The notes under the pieces were generated by a model. The model ran no database searches. It was not told the origin of the DNA and saw only the letters and a list, made by a program, of their open reading frames with translations. From positions 82,336,001-82,400,000 of the forward strand of contig NC_043006.1 in assembly GCF_006345805.1 (NCBI RefSeq): a DNA stretch of 64,000 nt, written 5' to 3'. This DNA is from Octopus sinensis. Lineage: Eukaryota. Shown here in pieces: positions 14,076-26,262 of this stretch (positions are counted from its first letter, which is position 1; the number at the start of each line of letters is the position of its first letter). Made by a program: the position numbers and the translations under genes.

Positions 14076-15550
14076 TTCTACTCTGGATACAAGGCTCAAA
14101 ATTTTGGGGGAGGGGACCAGTCGATTAGATCAACCTCAGTATGCAACTGGTGCTTAATTTATTGACCCTGAAAGGATGAAAGGTAAAGTCGACCTCGGCA
14201 GAATTTGAACTCAGCATGTAATGCCGGAAGAAATGCCGCTAAGCATTTTGCCCAGCATGCTAACGATTCTGCCAGCTTGCCACCTTAGTCTACATATATT
14301 GTTTATAACTTTATCTACTTTGAGTTCTGCTATAGATATTTCTCTACTTCTTACAAGAAAAGGAAAAATTGTCCCATTCTGACATAACAGGGAGATCTCA
14401 AATTTCAACCAATGAACTTACTGTTTTCATCTTAGTTTTTGCTTCATAATATTACTTGAATGAATTTTGTATTCTTACTCAGGTTTTTTAAGTTAATTTG
14501 TCCATCAGCCCAATGGTCCGTGTAATGTATTCACAGAACAAAGCTTCATTGTAGAACAGATTTTAATAGTTTGTGTATGTTGGTGAATCAAAGAGGATAA
14601 ATTTTAATCTTAGTCCATAATTGCTGTTTGGCCTTAATTCGTCTCTGATTGGACAAGACCAGCTATCTATGTTTTTACGTTGACAGTTTTTGATTTTGAG
14701 TGTTGGCTGCTGCTTCTAGCCTGTTGAGGGTCTTTGTTTAGCGCTTTATATCTGATATAGATAATTTGGATACAGTGACTGTGGGCTTTACTTTGTATAC
14801 TACTGATTACATGGTTATGAGGCCAACATTTATTAGTCATTGTATTGTGTTGCCTATGAGCAAGGCACCTTTTTATTATCAGGCAGAATAACATTTCAAG
14901 CAGCAGAATTATTTGTTAGTATCAAATGTTTCTGATGGTACAAAATGAACAGATTAACTTTCTCAATATCTCCCCAATAAAGAATTCTTTCCAAAATGTT
15001 ATGATTTTTCATACCAAACCAGTTTTTCCCATTTTTTAAAACTGTTTCTTGAAGCATGACATAATGTCAAAGGTCTTGGTCACTTGTGATTGCCTCTGTG
15101 AGGAATTAAAAAAATGTTCCTCTTTTACTTCATAGTTGAATGGGAAGTGATAGAGAAAGAATACTTGCACAAACATAAAATTCGACCCAACTCTTCAAGC
15201 AGCAAAAGTTAGCTTCAAAGCAGATTGTACGCACACACACACACACTCATGTGGCTCTATCAATCATGTCATCAGATGCTCTTTCACATTGCAGGTCTCA
15301 GTGTGCTTCCATTCTACCCTTCTTTGTACCTTCTTTTCCATTTGGTCCTAAATATTTTTACTATGTCATCTTCAAATCACCTTAGAGGTCTTCTGAGTGA
15401 CCTTTTTTTTTTGCGAATTTTTTTTTCTTTTTCAGTCTTTTGCTTTCTACTTGATAATTGCACTAGTCCACCTGTTGCATGTAAGCCTTGTGGCATTTCC
15501 AACCCAGTAGATTTGTACTATTCTGCAATCACATCATTCACATATACACA

Positions 15551-15609
<59 letters not shown>

Positions 15610-15916
15610 GCTCACATGGTTTTTATATGATTTTATTTGGGTTTTATTGATCAAGTAAAAAAGCCAAATTATTGGCATACTTCTTATGAAAAGTTTGAAG
15701 AAAGAAACCACCTTTATTATATATTATGGATTTTCTAAAACTTTAAATTATATATTTTTTTTAAATCCTAGATGTACTGGTGTGCCATATTGCACAATTT
15801 GAAAAGCATTAATGTAGAAAAAAGGAGAGAGTGAGAGAAAGTGTAACAGCTGCAGTGATCGATACATTATCTCCCATTGGATCTCTTCTTAAGACCCAAA
15901 TAATTGATAAGCTATT

Positions 15917-16272
15917 AATAGTTATCGCCAAGCTAACATGGTAGTCCAGAAAAATAGGACAAATGCTGCAATTGATTAGCTCCAAGAGGCCATCGCCTCT
16001 AGCTAGCTATGTGACACACAAACCTGTGTCCATTATAACCTTCGAACAGAGGAGGTCAGCAGCTTCCCCTTGCTGGTCTGGCATCCACAGACTAGTTTCA
16101 AGGTAGTTGCCGCTTATCAATGTGGAGTTTGAAGGATTATTTACCTAAGTTCAGTGGAACACATCCACTGGTTTTCAAAAATAGAAATATCATTATTTCT
16201 AATTTTTTCTAAAGGAGTCTACGGCAGCAGTACTGAATATCCAATACCGCTGCTGTAGTCTCCTTTCTACAG
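15917..16272 (-). mobile_element. Penelope-like retroelement remnant with minimal hammerhead-like motif and terminal hairpin
   Basis: 13-bp TSD TTGATAAGCTATT (15904-15916 / 16273-16285), hammerhead-like motif at 16084-16126, hairpin at 16211-16266. Confidence 0.65.
16084..16126 (-). ncRNA. Minimal type I hammerhead ribozyme-like motif (U3-A8 variant, decayed stem II)
   Basis: Minus strand reads TCCACA-TTGATAA-GCGGCAACTACCTT-GAAAC-TAGTC-TGTGGA: 6-bp stem I, GAAA core, palindromic ACTAGT stem III, GUC cleavage triplet. Confidence 0.6.
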
Positions 16273-16771
16273 TTGATAAGCTATTTCATAAAAATGTTTT
16301 TAAAACAAAATAGCATGCACACACACATATATATATAAAATTTAACATTAGAGAATCTATAATAATCATTTCAATTGTATTTTCTCAACTATACAATACT
16401 GTGCATTTTAGAATAGATATGCTGTGTCCTTGCCTGTTGTAAGGCAATGATGTGCAAACTGTGGTCTATGGAACTTCCAGAATGACACACCAGTGTCTGA
16501 TGATGAACTTTACCTCATGCAGTTCACTTTTCATAAAAGGTGGCACTAGCCTCTTGTTAGCAATGTCTAAAAGAGTCGGTAATAGGAAGATCATCAGACT
16601 ATCTGGCTGTAAGACACTCTCAAAAACAGATCCATGATGAATGTCATGGGACCGGCAAGGCTGACTCCTACTCCACAGTGTCATTTTAAAAATAAGCAAT
16701 CACGTCATGGAAATCTCAAAGCTATGAAATAATACACAATTAATTGAAAATGATGTGAATACATAAGTGTC

Positions 16772-17335
16772 CTGAGAGAAAAGTTGGGCATAAGATGTGG
16801 TGTGCAAGGGAGATGACTGCACTAGTATGGCCATGTGATGCATATGGGCAAGGAGAGCTGTGTAAAGAAGTGCCATGCTAATGATGGAGGGAACCTGCAG
16901 AGGAGGTAGATCCAGGAAGACATGGGATGAGGTGGTGAATCATGACCTTCAAATGTTGGGCCTCACAGAAGCAATCACAAGTGACCAAGACCTTTGACAT
17001 TATGCCATGCTTCAAAAAACCCGTCAAGCCAAATGAGACCATAGTCATGGCCAATGCCAGTGCTACATAACTTGCACATAAAAAGCACCCTTCAGACGTT
17101 GAACGATGTGGCTGATGTCAGTGCCATCTGACTGGAATGTAAAAACACTGTTCAAGTGTTGGGCCTCACAGAGGCTGTGACAGGTGACCAAGACCTTCAG
17201 CGATATACCATGCTTATGAAGACCTCTCAAGCCAAGTGAGATCATAGTTGTGGCACATAAAAAGCATCTACTACACTCTTGGAGTGGTTAACATTAGGAA
17301 GGGCATCCAGCCATAGAAACCATGCCAAATCATTA
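16772..17335 (+). mobile_element. RTE-clade LINE 3' end: decayed ORF C-terminus plus 3' UTR
   Basis: Translates with stops to LREKLGIR..YGHV..SCVKKC..GTCRGGRSRKTWDEVVNHDLQMLGLTEA..DQDL, contiguous with the TTAGGAAGGGCATCCAGC motif shared by many truncated copies. Confidence 0.8.
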
Positions 17336-18012
17336 TTATTAATACTCAACTTAAGTACATCCTACCAGACACTGATTGATTCTATGAGAACAAACCCCAT
17401 TATCATTCTGTAATAGGTATGTTACAGCCTAATCTCTGCACATATCAGTACTGCATCCTCCCTACTCAAGGATGACATGTACCTTAAACTCATATACCTG
17501 CTTTTAGTGCTACGTTTCTCAATCTCTAATGACCTTGCAAAGGAGCCATACACATATAGCACAGTTCTTATCGCAGTCTAATCGCTGAGCTTTTATTCAC
17601 AGTTAAGCATTTTAATTTTGAACAGTTGCTGGTCCTTGGTAGCCATAGTTCTGCAATGGCACAGCTGTTACATAAACAAACCATTCAGAAAAGCCATTTT
17701 ATAATATAAGCAAACAGTCACTCACCAACATGCTACCAGCTTGTGACCTCCTCCTACCTCTTCATTCTAACTAGCTATCATCCCCCAAACTTTTCTATTA
17801 AACTATTCATTTAAAACTGAACATCAAGCATATTTTGGTAAGCAAAGGACCGAAGAAATGGTGAAGGTATCTGAGAATATTGAGTCTCAGAAATGGATAT
17901 ATTTAGAAAAATACATCATAATACAAACCATTCTTATCTAAAGTAGCAAACTGGAGAAACTAACATTGATGATGAAGCAAAAGTTTTATTTTCTGTTGGA
18001 AACCCTTGTTAA

Positions 18013-18232
18013 TCCTTTTGATACCAAACCGGCTGAAACCGGCTCTGACTCTGAATACAAACGTCTTGTTTTCATACATTTTGAATTAAAATCTTCCACC
18101 AAACCTTAGTCACAATTTATGTTCCTAACACTAGCTGAATGATAACTAAGTTATTTTACTAAATTCTTTGTTCTATTTAAAGTAATTGAAAGAAACACAG
18201 AGCATCTCAAAATAAATACAGTAACGAAAGGG
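18013..18232. mobile_element. piggyBac MITE family 1; other copies 12448-12653, 30208-30418, 39552-39765, 61260-61479
   Basis: ~220 bp with CCCTTT(T/C)G(A/T)TAC TIRs. The 61260-61479 copy has TTAA on both sides. Confidence 0.85.
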
Positions 18233-19415
18233 GATTTCGAACAGGTTGTGTAGCTACATAGAAGCTCCTTTGTAGGCTTGATATCAGGATGATTTTAACC
18301 TTTTAGCATTCAAATGACTCTATCAAATGTAATGCTGATTAATTCATATTGTTTTGAATTAATCATGCATTATCTTGTAGTTTTAGGATTTTGATGACGT
18401 GATGGTTTACTTTTAAAATGACATTATAGATTAGGTGTGAGAGGCTGGATCTGGCCAGTTTTAACATAAAACAAGTAGAATATTTGGGCCAGATATCATC
18501 ATCATCATCATCATTTAACGTCCGCTTTCCATACTAGCATGGGTTGGAATATTTGACTGAGGTCTACCGAACCAGATGGCTGCACCAGACTCCAATCTGA
18601 TCTGGCAGAGTTTCTACAGCTGGATGCCCTTCCTAACGCCAACCACTTTTTTTACATGCCACTAGCATGAGGGCCAGTCAGGCGGTACTGGCAACGGCCA
18701 CGCTCAAATGGTGCTTTTTATGTGCCAACTGCACAGGAGCCAGTCCAGCGGCACTGGCAACAACCTAGACTGTATGGCTGATTTAAATGGTTATGATCTC
18801 TACTTATGGAGAGTATTCATGTCTGGCAGATTTTGTTTGTAACGGATATGACCAATGTTCAAAATGGTTATAGGAAATTTTTTACCATAATTATTTTTGC
18901 CATAGGAAAATTTGCTATAAGAAATTTCGTTTTGACTGACCTTGTGTGTTTTTCAATGTTTGACGTTGAATAAAGGTTTGCTTATTTAATGATTTTATAA
19001 AATCTTATCTTTTTTTTTCTGTTTTTTTTTTTTTTTTTAATTAAAAAAATTGCTGGTATAATTGTCCATATGGCAAATTTGTCTTTGGGCAAATTTTCTT
19101 CTACAGCAGAATTTCTTACAGCAAATTTTCTAGATATAGTGCAAAAGGTGATAGTAAATGTCTGCAATTATACAATGCATTCATTATAACGAATTCATTT
19201 CAATGTCTTGTAATTACATTTCTGATACAGCCAAATCATTTTATTGTTCTTGTTGTTAAATGTAATTTTTCTTAATCAAATTCTACCAGTGATGTTACTA
19301 GAAAGATAGATAAACTTGTACAATTTTGTCTTTTTCTTATTGTTTATGCAAGACTATTAAAACTAAAATCATTTTCAGCATCAAATCTTCATTAATTCTG
19401 AACCATGGAGTATTT

Positions 19416-19511
19416 ATCATCATCATTGTTTAACGTCCATTTTCCATGCTAGCATGGGTTGGACGGGGGGAAAAAAATGGAATGCTTCACGAATTTGCGT
19501 GTCATCCTTGC
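19416..19511 (-). pseudogene. 5'-truncated U6 snRNA retrocopy fused to an RTE 3' terminus
   Basis: 19471-19511 reverse-complements to GCAAGGATGACACGCAAATTCGTGAAGCATTCCATTTTTTT (U6 3' end). It is followed by CCCCCCGTCCAACCCATGCTAGCATGGAAAATGGACGTTAAACAATGATGATGAT. Confidence 0.9.
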
Positions 19512-19579
19512 CATAGTGTACCGCCATATTTTCAACTAGTATTCTGATCCTTTTACAATTAAGGGCCGCTTGATAGGTT

Positions 19580-19775
19580 CATCATCATCATCATCATCGT
19601 TTAACGTCCGTTTTCCGCGCTAGCACGGGTTGGACGGTTTCGACCGGGGTCTGGGGAGCTCGGGACTGCCCCAGGCTCCAGTCTAGTCTGGCAGTGTTTC
19701 TACAGCTGGATGCCCTTCCTAACGCCAACCACTCCGCGAGTGTAGTGGGTGTTTTTTACGTGCCACCTGCACAGG
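19580..19775 (-). mobile_element. Young 5'-truncated RTE 3' UTR copy; others at 10203-10530, 18495-18765, 29538-30160, 41238-41415, 43718-43961, 44970-45203, 47328-47582, 48393-48592, 49648-49921, 54391-54672, 58340-58590
   Basis: Shared AAAAGCACCCACTACACT..GGAGTGGTTGGCGTTAGGAAGGGCATCCAGC..CCAACCCATGCTAGCATGGAAA..GTTAAAC(GAT)n end with variable 5' truncation. Confidence 0.85.
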
Positions 19776-20890
19776 TTCAATGAAGAATTTGTTAAAATAA
19801 CATTGTTTTGTTCTGCCTCTTATTAACATATTCTCAATTAGTTGGGGATTGCTCAATTAGTTGGGCATTGGACAGACCTTTAGATAATAGCTTGGTCACA
19901 GGGCTCAGAAGTTAACTTCACAACTATGTGGCTCCAGGTTTGGTTTCACTGTATGACAAGTATGTCAAGTGTCCACTTTCAGAGTCTTGAGCTGACCAAA
20001 GCCTTGCATGTGAAATTAAGTAGACAGAGACTGCAGCAGTTTATCATGTCTGTGTGATAGAGAGAAAGAGGTCATCATTATTGTTATTTTAACAACCACT
20101 CTTCTATGCTTGCATGGCTTAGACTGAATTTGTTGTTTCGAAGCAAGATAATGTTTCCCTGTGATTGGACATGTTTCCATAGAAGATTGGCGACGAATGA
20201 CACTGCTTATACGACAGTGGCACTTATTTACAACTATCACTTGATGTCAAGACAAACCGACACAAACACATGCACACACATACAATGGGTTTCTTTAACT
20301 TTCTGTCTCTCAAATCCTCTCATGAGGCTTTAGACAACCCAGAGAAGCATGTTGCCCAAGGTGCCACACATTGAGACTGAATCCAGAACCACTCAGTTGG
20401 GAAGTAAACTTCTTAACCACACATCTATGCCTGCACATGCGTGTGTGTGTGTCTGTGTGGTGAGAAGCTTACTCCCCAACCACATGGTTCTGGATTCAGT
20501 TCCACTGCGTGGCACCTTGGGCAAGTGTCTTCTACTATAGCCTCAGGTCAACTAAAGCCTTGTGATTGGATTTTGTAGCTGGAAACTATGTCAGTGTTTT
20601 TATCCCTGTCACTTTGTTGTTTAGCAAAAGGGACTGATAGAATAAGTACCAGTCTTTAAACAAAATAAGTCCTGGGGTTGATTCATTTGACTTCTTTAAG
20701 TTCTTCAAGGCAGTACCCCAGCATGGCTGTAGTCTAATAACTGAGACTAGTAAAAGATAAAAGATATATATATATATATGTTTAAGTAGTTGAATGAATT
20801 ATATCCTTCGGAATTAAGAATATGCAGTCTTCAAAACATATGTCGAGAATAAAGGAATTTTGTTAAATCGTCATTCGACTCCATTCTTTC

Positions 20891-20931
<41 letters not shown>

Positions 20932-22688
20932 CAAAGATAAGCATCCAGTACATGTTGTTAAGTGGTTGGCATTAGGAAGGGCATCCAACCATAGAATCCA
21001 TACCAAAGCAAACAAAACATGATGCACTTGGATGTGTAAGACCTTATCAAACTGTCCTCACATGCTAGCATGGGACATGGATGTTAAATGATGTGAATAT
21101 CTATGAAAATCAGAAAAAAAAAAATCTGGCTTTCAAAGAAAAATAACACCATATGGTATTTTGTTCTGGGTTAGACATTTCTGTCTCTCAGAAATGCAGA
21201 GCATGAGATATAAGCTCATTCACAGGCACCCTGTATCAACAACATTAAAGTTTACCACATGTTGTATATAAAAATATTAAAAATAACTCTTATCGCAACC
21301 CATGGGTCAATCAGCCTAGATATGCTATACTCTACTTTGGTTTGACATCATACTATACCCTCCAATCTGCAGATGTGTTGAATGTAGAGCTAAAATCAGT
21401 CAGGAAATGTGTTTCTGCTTTTTGTTTTTGATCTTTTCTTTTCTAAGTTCTGTTAGTTCTGTTCATTTCTATAACAGTGACAATTTCAATTTCTCTGGTT
21501 ATATTACCTGTTACTTATAGGACAATTTTTGTGAATTTAGGCTATCCTATCATTTTTATTGTCTGTCTGATTTATCAATTCTTTTCTACACTTTGTATTC
21601 AGGCTGGATAACCAGACACTAATTATCTTCTATTTACATAGTAATATATTCACTGTGAACCTAACTTTACAGTTTATGTTAATGATATGTATCTAGTATA
21701 AACTTAACTTTATAATTATGTTGAACTTTTAAACCACATTTACACATTTTCTTCCTCTCTCAAACAAATTAACTTTTCTACCTGACAGCATTTTGTATAA
21801 ATGTTTTTACTCTTAGAGGTTATGTAAAGACTCCCTGCTGTAAATTTGTGTTTTGCTTTATTTTTCTTGATATAAATTCTCAGTAATAATTCTTTTGCTT
21901 TCAATTTTCCGAGTATAACTTTTGTGTTATTTTTTATTTCCTTTCAGTTCATTTTATTTTATTTTTTGTGTTTGACATTCTTAGTGAAACCTGTAAATGA
22001 TGCACTTCTATTGAACATGATCCTATTTGCAGAAGCTAGTGGTGAAAACTATTTCCTAAACATATTCCAGTGTTGTAGCTGTCACGTTGTTTTGTTTGCT
22101 TCTTGCTCCGAGTTAAAACATGGATAGTCAGTCAGCTTGTAAATGACCACCGGATGTTGATGATTCATATTTCCATTTTACAATCTCCTAGCAATCTGTT
22201 AAAACTGTTTGTTGCTTGTTAATTGAAAGGTAGCTCATACTGATTGCTAAAACGTAAATTAAGCTATTCTTATGGCCGAGTCCTTTTCTATAGACATTCC
22301 TTATCTAGGACTAGGGTGTGATTATAGAGAAAATTGGCTATTATTTTTAGCAGGTTGTGTAGTCATGTAAAGGCTCCATTGTTTTATCAATAATATATAA
22401 TGGTAAGTCAAGGTAGCAAGTTATTATGTATGCCAAGCAAAATGCTTAGCAGCATTTCGTCCATTTTCACATTCTGAGTTCAAATTCCACCAAGGTTGGC
22501 TTTTCCTTTCATCCTTTCGTGGTCAATAAATTAATACCAGTTGAGTACCAGGTTGATGTAATCAACTTAACCCTTCCCTGAAATTACTGGCCTTGTGCCA
22601 AAATTTGAAGCTAATATATAATGGTACGTAACTAACTTCATTGATGAGTAGGACGGGAAAGTAAGTTGAAAATCAAATATGAAATATA

Positions 22689-23778
22689 CAGGGTGTTTCA
22701 AAAAGGATGAGTGAATTTAAACATAATCCTTTTGAAATTGCGAGCATCAAGTGATTGAAAGATGTGTTGCTAAAATTGGCATCGTCTACAGTTTTAGGTA
22801 ACTGCTGCTAGAGGTCAAATCTGTGCCTTAATCGTCAATGTAAACCCGAGTAACTGGCAAGAATTGGTTCACTCAACAGAAGACATTTTGCATCCTACAG
22901 TTTAGTAAGAGTGAATCAGTGATTTCAGTTCAGTGTGCATTTCATAACTGTTTTGATGTTAATCCACCACTGTCAACGAACATCTGTCTTTGGCATAGGC
23001 AGTTTGAAGAAACTGGGTGTTTGTGCTAGGGAAAAAGTCCAGGTCAATCACGCACTTCTGAGGAAAATGTGCTAAGAATTCAACAGGCATTTGAGCAAAA
23101 CCTGCATAAGTCTACTCACAGCGCTAGCAGAGAACATGCATTACTTCACACAATTGTGTGGCATGTGTTAAGACAATGTTTGACCATGAAGCCATACAGA
23201 TTACAATTTGCATTGGCTCTTTGTGTTGGTGACAAAAGGAAGTGTGTGGACAAACCTATCTTGAAATGCTACAGACATGGCTCTTTCCATAGCTTAATGA
23301 AGACTCAGACAACTTCATCATCCAGCAAGATGGAGTACCACCACACTGGCACAACAATGTCTGGTGTTTCCTCAATGACACCCTGCCTCAACACTGGTTA
23401 GGACACACAAGGCCTCTAGACACGGCCTTATACTCTTGGCCCCCAAGATACCCAGACATGATGCCATGCAACTATTTCTTGTGGGAATACGTTAAGGAAC
23501 ATATTTTTATTCTTCCTTTAGCTTATGATCTTGATGAGCTTAAAAACAGGATAGTTGCAGCAATTGTTTCAATTGATAAAGACACCTTGCAAAGTGTTTC
23601 CTATGCATTTTGCTATTGCTTTGATGTTGTCCATGTGGCTGCTGGAGGGCACATAGAACATTTGTAACAATGTTTCTGAAGCTTTACGATTTTGTACTGT
23701 TTCATTTGTGTAGAGCATTTTCTTCAGTAAATATGACTGTTTAAAATTAGGTCTTTTTTTTTTTTATTAAACACCCTG
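22689..23778 (+). mobile_element. Tc1/mariner (IS630-like, DUF4817-type N-terminus) transposon, internally deleted and pseudogenised
   Basis: TA|CAGGGTGTTT...AAACACCCTG|TA ends. Fragments SVISVQCAF, WHRQFEETG, KPYRLQ, QQDGVPPHW, WPPRYPDMMPCNYFLWEYVK, GGHIEHL with frameshifts and stops. Confidence 0.9.
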
Positions 23779-24483
23779 TATAAATTGCATCAGACAGCAC
23801 AAATCTGATCATGAAAATTTCTTTTTATACACCTTCACTTTATGAAATATATCAGAATATTTTTATCTGAACACCCAGATTTTGGGGGGTTTTCTCACTA
23901 GTTTTACATTTTTTGTTATTATTAAAAACTTCAAAGGGGCAAGTGTACCACATTCCATAATATCAGACCCCCCCCCCAAAAAAAAAATATATCAGTCAAA
24001 TGTATTGCCTTCTCTTTATTTATGAGAGGACAACAGAGTTTGCATCCATGTAACTTTTCTTTCTTTGCCGTGGCTGTTGGACAAGTTTTAAACCATATTA
24101 ATTTTTATTAAACATTATAATTTGTCCACTCTCTTTACAGTTCTTAGAATCTTCTCTCCACAATCATGAGAAGCACTACTCAATTCTGTTTGAGTAAGTT
24201 TTTGGATTTGATAAGTAATGAAAAATGGTCCACTAACAACTACTAATTATGCCACATCACTAACACTTATAAATCATGATACTGGTTTCTAACATTTGTC
24301 TCCAGTCTAAAGATTTTGATAGGATCACAGGGGTTAGTTGATAAAAACTATGCTCTTAAACTAGTACTTATTTCAAAAGGCAAATTCAACTTGGGCGGGG
24401 TTCAAACTCAGAATTTAAAGGAAAGTAGCAAATACAGCTAGGTATTTGGGTGGGTACATACACACACACAAAATTTGCTATCT

Positions 24484-24540
<57 letters not shown>

Positions 24541-25514
24541 AATCTCTCTTATTTGGTTATAAAAGTATTTCCATTTTCAGATGTTTATTATTTTTATTTT
24601 TGGAATTTTTCCTTTCTCTTTTGAAAAATAAGAATAGAAGAGGAAAACATAAATAAGCAACTCCCCAAACAGCTAAAGTTGACAAGTGCAAGAACTGGTA
24701 CATAGCTGTCTGTCTGTTCCATTTGACAGTGAAGTGACCTATCCAGTTAGATGTGAGAAATAAGTTACCTGTACTCGGTGACCTCACAGCTAGTTGACTT
24801 TGCCCCTTTTAAACTGTGCTATCGTCAATTTATATGTTGGTACATGGTTGAAGGCACAAATGATATAGCTTAATTATTTGTGGTGTTTGTGTGTACATTT
24901 ATTATCTCTTCTTATTAAAGCGGCATGCTGGTCGAAATGCTTGGCAGTATTTTGTTTGTCTTTACATTTTGAGTTCAAATTCCGCCGAGGTCGACTTTGC
25001 CTTTCATCCTTTCAGGGTCGATAAATTAAGTACCTGCATACTGGAGATAATTTAATCAACTGGCCCCCTCCCCCAAAATTTCAGGCCTCCTGCCTACAAT
25101 AGGAAGGATTATTATTATTTTTTTCTACTCTAAGCACAGGGCCTGAAATTTTGGGGGAGGGAGCCAGTCGATTACTTTGACCCCAGTAAGCAACTGGTAC
25201 TTAATTTATTGACGCTGAAAGGATGAAAGGCAAAGTTGACCTCTGCAAAATTAGAACTCAGAACGAACGTAAGCATTTTGCCCAGCGTGCTTAACGTTTC
25301 TGCCAGCTCACCACCTTAGAAAGGATTATTAATATCAATAATATTAATACACTAACTTTGTACGTACCTGTTGTGTGTGTCACACTTCCTTGAAGTGGCA
25401 AAGCGTGAGAGAGATAGTGAGTGGTGACGGTGTTTGTTTTGAGTTTTTAAAGGTTTATCACATTACAAGAGAAGTAGATATATAGATACATATACACATT
25501 GTTAAATTAAAAGC

Positions 25515-26056
25515 AGAAGATGCAGTGCCATACAATAATGAAGAGGAGGTTCAGAACTATCCATTTGAATTCAGCAACTCACTCACTCTATCCAGTATGC
25601 CTCCTCATCGCCTCATCTTAAAAGTAGGGGCTATTGTAATGCTGCTAAGAAATCTTTTGATCAGTCAAGAATTATGTAATGGAACTTCCATGAAACTGCA
25701 AAGACTTCACGACCATTGTGTAACAGGTTCCATCATTGGTAACAAGCTCCAACAAAGGTCATACAGTTCTAATTCCCAGAATTAAACTTAGCCCAAGAGA
25801 TGCAGATATTCCATTCAGACTAAACAGTCTTCATTTTCCACTTCGACTTGCATATTCAATGACAATAAGGCTCAAGGACAAACATTTGAAAAAGGTGGAA
25901 TACATTTGCCTCAACCGATATTTTCTGATGGACACTTATACGTCGCATTTGAACAATATCAAAGTAAGAGTTATGGCATTCAATTGGGATAACAGACAAG
26001 GCCAAAAATGTGGTGTGACATACACACAAAATATTGTCTACCATGAAGTACTGTGA
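25515..26056 (+). pseudogene. Helitron Pif1-like helicase C-terminal fragment
   Basis: YPFEFSNSL..MPPHRLILKVGAIVMLLRNL..LCNGT / VLIPRI..FPLRLAYSMTI / AQGQTF / NIVYHEVL*, frameshifted. Confidence 0.9.
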
Positions 26057-26229
26057 GGAAGACCACTGCACCAGCTAGCATCCCCACCACATCAGCCAAT
26101 CCATCATTACACATCCACATTACACCTTTAAAATTGGGGAACCAGTTAAGGGCCCGCTGGATCTCTCTCGGCGTACAAGCAAACCACAGAATCGCACCAG
26201 CCATCATCATCACTACCTCCAAGCCCATC

Positions 26230-26262
<33 letters not shown>

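Noticed and set aside
19471-19511. Functional U6 snRNA gene
   Set aside because: Only the 3' ~40 nt are present, with no ACAGAGA box or upstream PSE/TATA; it is a retrocopy.
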